From positions 2,406,507 to 2,470,506 of the forward strand of contig MU053376.1 in NCBI GenBank assembly GCA_013239625.1: 64,000 nt of DNA, in the 5' to 3' direction. Shown piece after piece: positions 23,501 to 35,289 of this stretch; positions within the stretch are counted from its first letter, which is position 1; every line of letters starts with the position of its first letter. The position numbers and the translations under genes are program-made. A model generated the notes under the pieces. The model had not been told where the DNA came from, made no database searches, and was given only the letters and a program-made list of their open reading frames with translations. This DNA is from Lama guanicoe. Lineage: Eukaryota.

Positions 23501-26500
23501 AACTGAAGTTGACTCAGTCAGGCAGATGGCAGCGAGGGGATGAGGGCAGGGCACACCAAGAGGAGCAGAAAAGAGAGCTGGGTGAGACTTCCCTGAGAGA
23601 GATTTTTTTCATCCTGACCCAGTCAGCATTCCCTGAGGCCGCTGGGAGTCTAGGTTGTTGAGTTAGTGCTGTGTGTGTCTGAAGAAGGCAGTGGAGAACA
23701 GGAGGAAGGAAGGGTTCTGGAGAAATAAGGAAAGGACGGGATCATAAAGTAACAGGTTTGGTCTAAACTGCGGCTTGAAATATGCCTGTCTTTCCTCTGT
23801 ATTTATCCTTGTTATTTCTCATGGGATGATTATGTGGCCAAGTACATCCTTTTGCTTCCAGTTTCCTCTAGTCTCAGCCCCTCCTCAGTCTCACCCCCCA
23901 CCTCCCCTCTTGCCCTGGACGGGATGGGTACAACACCACCCGAGGAAAGCATCCTGTTCCTTTCACACAGTTTGGACAGGAAATTCAGTGGACCATGAAG
24001 TTCACTGACTCTATGAGGTTTCAACTATACAAATCCCAGTTCCCGCGGGACTGGCTAACATGGCAATGATGAAAGAGTCTGGGGACTGCTATGATGTGAT
24101 GGTTGTTCCAGCCTTTAGGAGAGGAAATGTTTTCTGGGTGGCCTGAGCCTCCAGTTGGGGGAGCACCTACCACTGTGAACAATCAGGGTGACCTGCTGGG
24201 TCTTGCCTCGGTCTGTGTTCATGCCCACCCCACAGGCGTAGACTCCGCTGTCGCTCCTGGTCAGCTCTGTCACCTCTACCAGGAACAGGTGCCTGTCTGG
24301 ACACAGCTCCAGAGTGACTCTGTGTTTGTATTCCTCACTGACGAAGTTCCTGTTGGACACCACGGTGCTGCATATTCCAGACTGGGCTGCCTTCCGGCAC
24401 AGATAGAGCCTCACATCCCTTTCAGGAAGCGGGCACTCGATGATAACAGATCCTCCCAGCAGTCCGTCCAGCTTGACTTCTGGAATGACCTTCAGAGCCC
24501 CAGATACTGTAGGGAGAGGGATTTAATGTAGAGGAAGCCCCAGCCCCAACCCCATCCCCAATTCCAGCCCTGTTTCCCACCGAGGCCCCAGCCCAGCCTC
24601 ACCCTCATCCCTAGAGCCAACCCTCTCCCTGTTATCAGCCTGAGCCTCAGCCAGCCCTCAGCCTCTGCCCTGTCCTGATCTGCAGCCCTAGCCTCAACCT
24701 CCGCCTCCCCCCAACCCTATTTACATCCTCAGTCCAGCTCTATATTCACCCCTCAGCCCTAAGCCCAAGGCTGAGCCTCTCCCCAGCCCCAGCCTTAATG
24801 TAATCCTCAAACTCATCACCAAACCCATACAGGTCCAGGCACCAAACTCCTGAGAATACAGTCAAAACTACTGTCTCACTCCAGGGGGAGAGGATATGTC
24901 ACGGTGCCCCCAACCAGCACCTGACCCTCAAGTGACTTCAGTGTGATGTTGGGAGAAATGGTAAGATTTGCTGCAACAGGTTTTCCAGTCCAGTTTTGTT
25001 TTGCTCGGCACCATCCAGACAAAACAATCATTCATCTCCAGTTCTTTTCATCAAGCATTCAATAGCTATCTATTGAATGCATTTCATATGACAGTAATAT
25101 GGCTGGCTTCCCTCCCCTCACAGAAGGAACCACGTCTTGGGAGACACAGATGGACAGCCAAAGCACAGCAGCACAGCACAGCACATTCCATGGCAGAGAA
25201 CTGCAGGGCTCCGTGGAAGCAGCCAATAGGGGCGCCTGATCCAGGCCGTCCCAGAAGATGATGTAATTTGAGGAAGGCTTTCCAGAAGAAATGACGTCTA
25301 TGTTGTAACCTGAAGGGCTGGGCGTGGAGGGCAACTGAGGGAATGATGGCCGTCTCACTGCAGAAGGGAACGCAGAGGGAAAGCAAGGCTGGATTTGATG
25401 TGTGTGCACAAAGTATGTGCGTTGGGGAGGGTGTGGAGCAGGGAGGAATTAAAGGGGAGGTTCCTGAGTCCCTGCCATCAAAAAGCTTATGCATTGGCTG
25501 AGAGAGGGTAAAGCAAAGTATAATTAATTGTCAACAAAGGGGGTCCCCATAAATGTCTGTATATTTCTGGGAAGATGATTCAGAGGGTGAAGTGTGTGTG
25601 TTGGTGTGGGGCTGGGGGACTTCGGTGGAAGAGAGAGCCTTCCAGAGAGTGAGAACAGCCCCCATAAAGGCTGGGACAGGAGAGAGACCATGGAACGTTC
25701 ATGGTGGGGAGGAACATTCACAAACTTCCTGAAATTCATCTACAGACCACACATTAAGAATAGCCCCAAGGAATTTAGCAAAATGAAGAAAGTCAAGGAA
25801 AGAAGCAGGGATGGAGGATTCTGGATAGGCAGAGAGACCTGAGGAGGATGTTCTGGGGAGAGGGGAGAATGTGAGCAATAGTAAAGAGGTGGAAACAGCC
25901 ATGGAAGCGTGAGATGGGGGGTAGAGGAGGCGAGAGAGTGGCTCGACCTGGAGCATTCACGTGCATGTTAACATCAGAAGGTGTAGCTGGTTACCGTGGT
26001 AGGAAAAAGCAGAGGGGCCGGCAGACGTGCATGCTCTGACATGGAAACCTTCACACGAATAACCCACACTGCTTTAAATCTGCTGGAAACAGACACGTGA
26101 GGTAGCCTTGTGACTGGAACACGCCAATGGAAGAGTGGCCCATTCAAAGGACAAGGACCCAAATCCAGGGGATAGGGGAATCCCCCATATGTCCAGAGGG
26201 ACCACACCTGTGTGTAAAGCCCAGCACCCAAGAGTGAGCATGCAAACATTTTTGGACGCACCCAGCCAGAAAGGGGGCGTGCCTGTTGCTTTCTCAAGGC
26301 GGGGATGCTGTAACATGGGAAGAGGCAAGACAGAGCAGGAGGAAGGAAGGGTTCCGGAGAAACAAGGAAAGGACAGGATCATAAAGTAACAGGTTTGGTC
26401 TACAAGTGCAGACAAGACACCCCAGTGGCTTCACTCTGCTCAAGGATGAGCTTCTGGTAAACCCCAGCTTGCCCAGATCCTCTGTTATGGACTGTATGTT

Positions 26501-29500
26501 TGTGTCTCCCCAAAATGCTTGTGTTGAAGCCCCAGTCCCAAAACGATGGTATTAGGAGGTGAGGCCTTTGGAAAGTAAGAGCATTAGAGGAGGCCATGAG
26601 GGTGGAGCCCTCATCACGGCATTAGGGTCCTAATTCCCTCTGCGCACCCAAGAAGAGACAATGTGAGTGCACAGGAAGATGGTGGCTGTCTGTGGGGCAG
26701 GAAGTGGGCCCTCACTGAGAACCAGGTCTGCTGGCACCTTGATCTAGGACTTCTTTCCGGCACTGTGAGAAATAAACACCTGTTGTTTAAATAACACAGT
26801 CTATGGTATTTTGTTACAGCAGCTTGAGTTGACTAAGACAGCCTCATTGTGCAAACACTGGGCAGCAGCAGCACAAGGAAAGCTTTGGGGCACATGAGCT
26901 CCTGTCCCAAGGAAGCAGTCACTGGAGAGGCGAAAATGTCCAGACCCCAGCTCTCCCTGGAGTTCATAGTACCTTCTCAGCTATACCCCAGGCAGAGATT
27001 TGTGGATTTCCCAAACTTGGAGCTTAGGCACAGTATGTACTATTGTCCCCCTGTGGGGGAACTTGCTAGGATGCAGATGACCTTGTCCCACCCTTAGGCA
27101 CGGTGACTGCATCTGTCTAAGATGGGGCCTATGAATCTGCATTCTTAAATAAGCATTCCAGGTGCCCTTGAATTTCTGCAGTTCTGGGCTCTGTGACTGC
27201 ATTTCCAAATGATTTGTAAGGGAGCAGTGGAAGAAGGCATCCAATGGCACCAACCTGTTTAATACCTATAATTACAGTGGCTGCTAAGTGTCATTAATCT
27301 CTAAAGGGGTGACTTGATTTTCAGTGTTGATAGTAGGGGTGAGGGTTATATGTAGTTTAAAAACTCACTCTCAATATATAATTGGATATAAATATGTGTT
27401 TGGAACATGGGGAAAAAGTGTCATTTTTATAACGCAAAAGAGGTAAAGGGCCCCAAACCCTTGGCTGGTGGCATTGCTCTGGGCACAGGCTTCGGATTCC
27501 ATGTATCCGTGATTTTCCAGGTGGGAGTGGTGATGAGGACCGTCTAGATTCCTCACAGCTGAATCTCTGGAAGAAAGGCGCTAGCCTGAGAGGTTTCTGT
27601 TTATCAGACGGAGCATGGATTTGTTTTTTTAAAGGATGTAAAACATCCTCTGCTCCTTCCCACTTCTGCCAACACTGACCTGTGTGTGTCCAGCCTGCGG
27701 TCTGCCCTTGGTCCTGTAGCTGTGAATGGACTGTCCCCTTCCCCTCACCTGTCACCTCCTTTAGCGCTTCTCTTCTGTAATTAGCCCCTTCCCCTAGCTG
27801 CCTCGCTGGTTCTCGTCCTTCGGCACCGCCGCGGGTGACACGCGTATGCGCCCTGTTAGTGCCCACATTGGACCCCTCAGTCGACTTTTCAGCTCCCCTA
27901 CATCTACCCACCCCCTCCCCCGCCCCACTTCTGTCTTATTCCTCAAAATCACTAAATCCACTTCCACATCTCCCAATTCCTCTTCCACCTACATCTGTCA
28001 GAATTTTGTCTCCGATATTCCACTGAAACTGCTCTGGTCACGGTCACCAAAATTTTCCTTTGTTGCCCGGTTGGGTGGTCACTTCTTTGTCTTGTTTTTC
28101 TCAACTTCTTGGCAGCATTTGGTGGAACTGAGCCTTCCCACCTTGGAACGCTTTCTCCTCTTCCCTGACACCCCGCTGTCAGTGGCTCTTCCTTTTCAAT
28201 CTCCTTATGTGCATTTCCTTGTTTGTTCGTGCTTTCTTCTTCTCTAACGGTGCTGGGCTGAGTCAGGGGCTGGAGTTGGGGCCAGTTCTCTTCTCTGTCC
28301 TCCTTTGCTCCACCCTCCCCACCCCAAGCTCATCTACTCCCATGGCTTTTAATGCCAACCCTACAGAGATCTCATGGAAACTCGGATCTCCAGTCTCGGC
28401 TTCACCTCTCAGCTCCAGATGTGTGTTTTGGACACCTCTACCTGGACTTCACTCAAACGTCTAAGATCTATTTCAAATTTATAATGGAAACAAACAAACA
28501 AACAAACAAAACTTCTATTTTTCCTCCAAAACCTGTTCCTTCACAAGCTCTTCCCATCTCAGAAAAACAATACTGACATCCATCCAAATGCTAGAGCCCT
28601 GAAGTCATTCCCAGATTGAAGAATCAAGAATAAATTTTGCAAATGATAACCCATATACATAAAAATAGATAGAGAACAAGTTTTTTTTTCTGTATAGCAC
28701 AGGAAACTATATTTAATATCTTGTAATAACCTTTAATGAAAACAAATATATGTGTGTATATATAGGCATGACTGGGACATTACGCTGTACACCAGAAATG
28801 GACACATTGAAAGTGAATGTACTCCAATGTACAAAAAGAATAAATTTTAGGTGTGTGTATGTGTGTGTATACTAGGTCACACCATCAAGTATATGTATCA
28901 TTATTATGGGTCAAAGTGAAAAGTTTTGAAGCCTACACTATGTGCAGCTGCCTTGCTTTGTTACAAAACTCCACTGAGGGCTCTAGGAAATGTGCCTCAT
29001 GCACTGGGCTCTGAGACCAGGACCATCCCAACATTTACAGGACCTGGGACAGGAATACAAATAAGACCCAAATATCATATGTCTAAGTATTTTAAAGTTA
29101 TAAATCAGGCTAAGAAACTGTTGAATAAAGTATGTTCTACCCCTCTATCTTGACAAATTTACACATTCCTTGGATGTCCAGTCTAAAACACGGAAATGCA
29201 AGAAAAAATGGCCCGTAGTCTGTCTCCAGTCTCTGGCCTCTCTCCCTTCTGTTCTCATCCCTGGCTCCTGCCCACACTGCAAGGGTCCTGGCATTCACAT
29301 GGTGAATGTACAAGCTCCATCTGTCACCTTCCCAAACAGCTACCTGTAGTTACCCTTTTATAGGCCAAGGGGTCACCCTAGGATAGAAGACCCAGGATAG
29401 AGACTCACACAGTCGTTGACAGTGGACCCAGAGTCATTTGGACAGGGAAGTTGAGGTCTAGAGGAGGGGGTGTGGGTGTGGGTGTGGGCTTAGGGTGGGC

Positions 29501-31108
29501 ACATCTTTTTGCACCTTGAACTCCCCATCCTGTGGGGATGGGCACAAATGGAGAAGGACCAGTCCCAGGGCACGGCTCTCTCTGGCTCAGCTAGAATGGT
29601 GATACTGCTCAGGACAGACAGTGGTGGTACAATTTAGATTCCATTCTCCTAGAGATCTTCCACTTTCAACCAATACCTCTTCCCTCTCGGGTCTGAGTTA
29701 ACCATCCACTGTGCTCACATACGTCTTACTACTTCTCACAGAGTCTATTTCATTAAACCTCCATTCCCTTGGGCTTTTAGGGCTTTCCAATCTTCGACTC
29801 AACCAACATCTGACTTTCCTCTGTGCTCCAACCATCGCACAGAAAGCAAATACGGATAAAAAACCATTTTGACCCTCAAAATGCTTAACATTGATTCAAT
29901 AAAATATGGTGGACACACCCCGACCCACAGTACAAGGCAGAAGGGGGTCAGCTGTTGGGATTCAGAAGAGGAGGCTCTAGAGAGTGTATGAGAAGGAGGC
30001 AGAGGTTGAGGTGGATTTTGAAGGACCCATAAATGGTGGAGGTATTCCTGGCAGAAGGAATGGCAGGAACAAAGGTATGGTGGCAGGAGTCTAGCACTTT
30101 CGTGTTCAAGGAGGACTCCCGTTGGCTGGAGGTTAGGACAGTTCAGGGGAGCGTGGTAAGCTCATCATATAAGAGGGGAGTCCGAGGGAGGAGTTTGTGT
30201 TTAAGGAGTCTGATTCAGTAGACAGTGGGAGCCACTGAAGACTGTTGGGAAGGATGATCATACGGTTAGAGTCAAGATCAAGGAAGGCAGATGTGGCGCT
30301 ACAGGCAGGTCCAGCCGAGGAAGTGGAAGAGCTAGTTTAGAGGTGTCCTGTGCTCCCTTGGTTACGCCTCTCGCTGGGGCTGCCACTGCTTCCCATCCTG
30401 GTACATACGACTGTAGAAACTACATGAATTGGCCGTTTCTGGGGTCAAAGTCTGTTTGGGGATAATAGGGACGAGGTGGTAAAGAGCTGCTTTGGCATTT
30501 TGCAGCTGATGTCAGAGACAGTTAAGACAGATCGAGTAGCTGAGTTGGGTGGTGACCAATGAGGAATGCGAGGCTGAGCGTTAGGCTTGTTGTGTTTCCG
30601 ACCTTGATGGGATGGGGAAGTCGGGGTGCCCAGGAGGCCGCTGGAAATCGGGATATGGAGCTCGGGCAATGGATTAGGGCTACCAGATGGATTAGGGAAT
30701 CTTCATTTAGATTTGAACTTTGAAAATTCAGCAGTGAAAGAGATCCAAAGAAAGAGGATGTAGCAGTGAGAAGAAGGAATTTTGGAGGCATTTACTTTGA
30801 GATCCCATGTTACCAGGCGAATATGTCTGGGAAAGGTGACACTTCGGCTCTTACGAGTCAACCCCTGAGCCAAACAGGAGGTGTGTCTGGAGAGCAGAGA
30901 GGGGCTCTAGCTGGGAGTAGGGGGGGCCTCCAATGCGGCCTGTGGCCTTCATCCTGTCCTGCCCTAGGTACCAGTTTACAACTAAGTCCATCCAAAAACA
31001 TCAAGCAACTCCCCTGCCTGTGGCCAATTCAACCCTCAAAGGCATCTGAGGTGTTTCCCCAAAGCACTTACCCGGCAGGAAGTAAAGTGACCAAAGCCAG
31101 AGGTCCAT
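17325..31108 (-). CDS. FCMR: Fc receptor for IgM (FcmuR/TOSO/FAIM3), 419 aa: complement(join(17325..17501,19792..19850,20057..20215,20576..20712,22110..22332,23296..23427,24171..24506,31072..31108))
   Basis: Signal peptide MDLWLWSLYFLPVSGA; V-type Ig domain with 4 Cys (ECP, LCR, ICS, YAC); Ser/Thr/Pro-rich stalk; TM segment FHILIPTILSLILLALMGLLA with the conserved His; cytoplasmic QNNIYSACPRR, CEYVS and DYIN motifs. The spliced CDS totals 1260 nt and is in frame. Confidence 0.96.
18660..19060. mobile_element. MaLR LTR relic (MLT1H-J-like) in FCMR intron 7
   Basis: Contains catttctcagcctcccttg..tggccaatgggatg..ggaagtgatgtgtg. Confidence 0.55.
19792..19850 (-). CDS. FCMR: FCMR exon 7, cytoplasmic Pro-rich
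   Basis: Boundaries ccctag|GT ... CAG|gtaagc; 59 nt. Confidence 0.9.
20057..20215 (-). CDS. FCMR: FCMR exon 6, cytoplasmic
   Basis: Boundaries ccgaag|CT ... GCT G|gtgaga; LSRRVRRLAVRMRALE...QNNIYSACPRR. Confidence 0.9.
20576..20712 (-). CDS. FCMR: FCMR exon 5, transmembrane
   Basis: Boundaries ttcag|A GCC ... AGA G|gtgagg; QGFHILIPTILSLILLALMGLLAKR. Confidence 0.94.
20812..21030 (+). mobile_element. MIR SINE
   Basis: Contains ctctggagtcaggaaacctggattcaaatt..ctgtgtgatct..cttctctgagcctcatttcc..gtaaatggg. Confidence 0.7.
21701..21806. mobile_element. MER33/MER3-like fragment
   Basis: Contains tgctgtctaacagaaatgtaatgtgacccacatatgtaatttt..tagtagccacattgaaaaagtaaaa. Confidence 0.65.
22110..22332 (-). 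CDS. FCMR: FCMR exon 4, stalk 2
   Basis: Boundaries ctgcag|CA ... AG|gtaagg; HHSSPTISITHRPRVSR...TRLHRQR. Confidence 0.93.
23296..23427 (-). CDS. FCMR: FCMR exon 3, stalk 1
   Basis: Boundaries catag|AT TAC ... AAA G|gtcagt; DYESFWEEEPVPEPPAWF... Confidence 0.92.
24171..24506 (-). CDS. FCMR: FCMR exon 2, Ig V domain
   Basis: Boundaries ctacag|TA TCT GGG ... AGT G|gtaggt; 336 nt; phase 1-1. Confidence 0.96.
26483..26840 (+). mobile_element. MLT1A-type solo LTR in FCMR intron 1
   Basis: TG...CA termini (tgttatggactg...gactaagaca); internal ggtattaggaggtgaggcctttgg and gagaaataaa; flanks tcctc/gcctc resemble a 5-bp TSD. Confidence 0.8.
27890..28615 (+). mobile_element. L2 LINE fragment
   Basis: Contains tccactgaaactgctctggtcacggtcacca..ggcagcattt..ccctgacacc..catggctttaa..cctgttcct. 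Confidence 0.65.
28639..28835 (+). mobile_element. 5'-truncated L1 3'-end insertion with a perfect 13-bp TSD
   Basis: Same family as 1-219. TSD aagaataaatttt at 28626-28638 and 28836-28848. Confidence 0.85.
31072..31108 (-). CDS. FCMR: FCMR exon 1 coding part (MDLWLWSLYFLP)
   Basis: Strong Kozak context gccATGg; donor CCG G|gtaagt; phase 1. Confidence 0.93.
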
Positions 31109-31220
31109 GGCTTCTTCCAGAGCAAGGTCCCATCCAAGAGCCCCCGGAGAGGGGGACCGAGACCCTCTGCTCACCCAGGAACCCTTCACAATTTGAAGCT
31201 TGAAAGAGATTTCTGGCCCC

Positions 31221-31335
31221 CACGTGGAGTAGGGCTTGAAAATGAGGAAGTGACAACTCGTCTTGTTTGCTTATAGTGTTAGACCAAAAAAAAGTGAACA
31301 TCCGTAAACCACAGCGGAAGTCAGAAACTGAGAAA
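31221..31335. promoter_or_regulatory. FCMR: FCMR proximal promoter motifs (E-box, PU.1/SpiB, RUNX, ETS)
   Basis: CACGTG at 31221, AAATGAGGAAGTG at about 31240-31252, AACCACA at 31307 and CGGAAGT at 31315, all 110-230 nt upstream of the ATG. These are motif matches only. Confidence 0.5.
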
Positions 31336-32689
31336 ACATATTGTGTTGAGTGAGAATGGGTCACCAGGGGCCACAGGGCCTCGAGGCAGCTCCTAAAGAC
31401 TATTAGGAATGGCCAGGCTGCTATTTCTTTGCCTTGGAGGGCACTTCCATGCTTTATTCGCATTTATTGACCTTTGAGCCAGTCGTTACCCGCTTTATTC
31501 CCATCTTCAGGATGGAAGAGACTCTTCACGGATTTTCTCCGTCTGAGGGGCGCTGTGTGGACAGAGCTTGGGACCGAAGTCAGAAGCTGCTGGTTGCAGC
31601 CCTTGAACTGCCCTGACAAATGCCTCTGAGCACCTGCTCTGTGGGGACACTATGGGTTTTGAGCAAGTCACGACCACCTTTCCCTGAGCCTTGATTTATT
31701 TATCTAGGAAATGAGGGTGGGACTGGAGGATCTCTGGTGTTCCCTCCTGCAGAACATCGTTCCTGGGGCCTTCACCACGGCTCACCCCGCCTCATCTCCC
31801 CCGACGTTCTCCCTAAGCTGCTGCCCTCTGGCAGGGGCCCAGGCCACTGTCCGGTGACCACAGGGGCGACGCCAAGAGGGGTCAGCCTAAAGTCACAGCA
31901 GCCTAGCAAAGCCATCCTTTGGGACCCAGACGGTCCGAGGGTGAGGTCCAGTGACCCAGACACTGAAGCAGCCAGCTGCACAGTACCACGGAAAGGGCTT
32001 TGTGTTCCAGTCCAAATCCGGGTTCTGGTCCTGACCTGGCACTGCCGAGCGTGGGCCTCAGTTCTCTCACAGATAAACTGGGGGTGGTGCCCACCCCGCC
32101 CCCTCCCACAGCGATCCTGAGGTCCTCCCAGAAACCACGGCCATGCCAGTGTGTGCGGAGCCCCTGGTGGAGACGTGGGGGCTGTTACTGGCCGGAGGAC
32201 TCCTGGGGCTTTGCTCCGGGATGCTACACGGAGGCCGGCTTCCTGGCCCCACCTCCAGGTGCTGCAGCCCCCGGGGGATCGGGGGCTCAGGCTCTTCCCA
32301 CGCCTCTCTGGGAGGCGCTTCCGGGCTCCCCACTGGTCCCACACCCCAGCTCTGTCACACGCTCCCACAGCACAAGCAAAGACATCCGCAGCGGAGGGTG
32401 AGCGAGGCTCCGAGCAGGTGCAGAGGAAGCGCGTGTCGGGTGGGCAGCCGCCCGCCCCCCTTCCTGGGTATCCGCCAGCCCCCGAGCGGCTGCACTTGTG
32501 ACTTCCTCCAGCCCCTCCACCCACCGGCGCGGTGTCTGAGGGCAGCCTCGGGGCTCTGGTTTGAGTGGGTGGCTGTGGCCCCCATCAGCCTCTGTCCTTC
32601 CCTGCTCAGTGGCCTCTTCCCAATGCCCTGCTGCTGCCACAGCTTGGCTTGAGGCCTGGGGTGCCTCGGAGGGACAGAGAATGAGCAAA

Positions 32690-32945
32690 CTAGTGCAATG
32701 TGCGTGTGTGACTGTGGGCGTGAGAATATGTGAGTGTGTGGTCTGTGGTGTGGTTGAGTGTGAGAGCGTGTGATTGTAAGTGTGCGGTTGTGAGTATGTG
32801 AGTGTGTGCGGGGGGGTGTGGTTGTGTGGTGTGATGTATAGTATATGGTTGTATGTGGCTGTGAGTGTGTGAGTGTGTGGTGTGCGGTTGAGTGTGGTGT
32901 GGTTGTGAACATGCTGTGTGTGTGTGACGTGTGTGTCTGTGAAGA
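32690..32945. repeat. Degenerate (TG)-rich low-complexity tract
   Basis: About 250 bp of tgtg/gtgg/tgag units. Confidence 0.85.
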
Positions 32946-34841
32946 TGAGGGTGGGCTGCGCTGTGGCTGGGCCCGCCAGGCAGTGCAGGGACGTGTGGGG
33001 TCAGAGTGTGCGGCAGAGATTTCACAGCATGTGTGGCCCAAATAAAACCCTTAGAAACCTCACACTGGGTGGCTCAGAGCAGGACTAGGGGTCGAAGGAC
33101 TGCCCGGCAGGACGTGAGTGTTTGGCGTCTGGGGAACCAGACTCACAGACCTGGGCCCAGCCAGTGGGTACCTGCAGGTGTTGGCCCAGGGTCTCGGGGT
33201 CAGGGCCCCAGGGCAAGGATGGCCCCTGGCTGAAACGCCAAGTGGGAGAAGGTCGCCGTCCACCCTCTCTTTTTCACCTCGTCTGCATTTCATTTCTCCT
33301 TTCTGACCGACGGGGCTGCTGTGCGGCCCCGGCGCTCCTGCCCCCAGGAGAAGCTGTGAGGAGCGGCAGCCCACGGACAGGCAGGGGACCCTGGAGCTCG
33401 TGTCCTCTGGGGCCAGTGCTTGACCAGAAAGAGGGAACCTGAGGGGAAATGGCAGTGGGAGGGAATGAGTAATACCAGGCAGACCGGGGGCCGCGCTAAG
33501 TCCTTCAGGTAAGTCGTTTACCCTCCATGGTAACTGAGGTTTTCTTATCCTCCCTCTGTGGGGTGGGAAGAACATTTCTCATAAGGTTCTTGTGAGGGGC
33601 GCACGAGGCAGGCACTACTACAAAGGGCTGGAATGCAGTGTGAGCACAGAGGAGACCAGCCCTTGTCGTCAGGGTGGAGGTTGTCCCCATGCGCTCTGCT
33701 CCATCATCACATCACCCAGCTTTGACCTCCCATGTGGCCAGGCTCCAGAGGACCATCTCCTGGGTTTTCCAGATGGAGGGCCGAGATGCTCAGGTGCCCC
33801 TCCCTGTGACCCAACACTGCTCCCCGCAAAGACACACCATGAGAATCCCTGGCCCCCTGCACTCACCAGGGAGCCTGCCCAGTTAGAGGCACCAGGCTCA
33901 GTCATCCTGTTCCCTCTTGCTGAGAACTTGGACCGCAGTCTGGCCTGTCCCAGAGGGAGCCACTCCGTAAGAGCAGGGCTTTGAGGAAGGTTACCCTTTA
34001 CAGTAACTAGACTTTCTGCTACAAGAAATGGTGGAGTTTTGGTAAGATTTCTTTCCTGAATACTGTCACATTCCTGTTGGCAGTCTAAGGTTAGAACCCA
34101 CATATGTGGAAATTTAGGACGAATGCTAATGTGATTTATTAGCAAAGACCAGGATTTTAGATTATTTGCCTCCACACACATAAACAAAGACTTTTGACCC
34201 TTGGGAGGGTGGATTGGCCATCCATTTCTTTATCGACCTTAGGAGAGGTTTGCAAGCTTCTAGAACTCCTTGAATTTCACACCTCAGCTATGTCCCTTCC
34301 CTTCCTGCTTCAGCTTTGGCCAGCTGGAGGCCGTCTCTCTAGGCTTGCAGCTTCTCTCTCGGTGCGCCCCTGGCTGCTTAGATACCTAGTCTTTCTGAGA
34401 TAATCTCTTATTATCTTTATTGCACGAGCTCCTTCGTGGAGTTTGTTATTTCTAAGAAGCTTAGGGGTGGGGAACTCTGTCTCTGCCTTGGGGACAGACC
34501 ATAACAGAATCAGCTCCTCTCTGCTGTCTGCTGTTCTGAGGAGAGATGTCCTATCCTGAGTCTTGGGGAACGTCTTGGAACAAGTCATATATATGTATAC
34601 ATATATGACAAACCAAAATCAGCTGCTGTAAACAAATTCTCAACCACGACTGGGTCTTAGTAAAGTGTAATCATTATTACATATGGATTTTTAAAAAGAA
34701 AAAACATCAAGATACTTCAAGAACCTGGGGAAGGTTTTCTTATCATTGGAAATATTTAAGTAGTTCCCTGAATGGTTGCTGGACACTGAGCATGGTTATC
34801 TGATTTATCATCAACAGCCCCACAGTTGATCGTTACTCTCC

Positions 34842-35289
34842 TGTCCCGGGCTGCATAGTGTCCCTCGAAAATTCGTCTCTGCCTGGAACCTCAGAATATG
34901 ACCTGATTTAGAAGCAAGAACTCTGCAAATGTAATTTGTTAAGATGAGATCAGGCTGGATTAAGGTAGGCCCTCCATCCAATGACGGTTGTCCTTGTAAG
35001 AAGGTCACGTGAAGGCACAGGGGGACACCCAGGGAGGATGCTGTGAGATGATGCAGGCAGACTGGGGGGATGCAACTACAAGCCAAGGAATGCCAAGGAT
35101 GCTGGCAGCCGCCACAGGCTGGGAGAGAGACGGGAACGGATTTCTGCTCAGAGCCTCCAGAAGGACCTGACCCTACCAACATCTTGATTTCAGACTTCTA
35201 GCCTCCAGAATGGTGAAAAAATAAATTCCAGTCATTTTAGGCCACCTGGTTTGTGGCACTTTGTCACAGAAGCCCTGGGAAATTAATAC
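34842..35289 (+). mobile_element. MLT1C-like solo LTR
   Basis: Contains ggaacctcagaatatgacct..ttaagatgagatca..aagccaaggaatgccaagga..tttcagacttctagcctccagaa..ttaatac. Confidence 0.8.

Noticed and set aside
25995..26032. Possible alternative FCMR leader exon (MHVCRPLCFFLP followed by CG|gtaacc)
   Set aside because: Its 38 nt give phase 2, incompatible with the phase-1 exon 2. The true leader at 31072-31108 matches much better.
31772..32524. 250-aa ORF on the minus strand upstream of FCMR
   Set aside because: GC-rich, stop-poor sequence with overlapping ORFs in several frames and no recognisable domain.
32355..33041. 228-aa His/Thr-rich ORF on the minus strand
   Set aside because: It is a translation of the degenerate (CA)n tract, with no splice or homology support.
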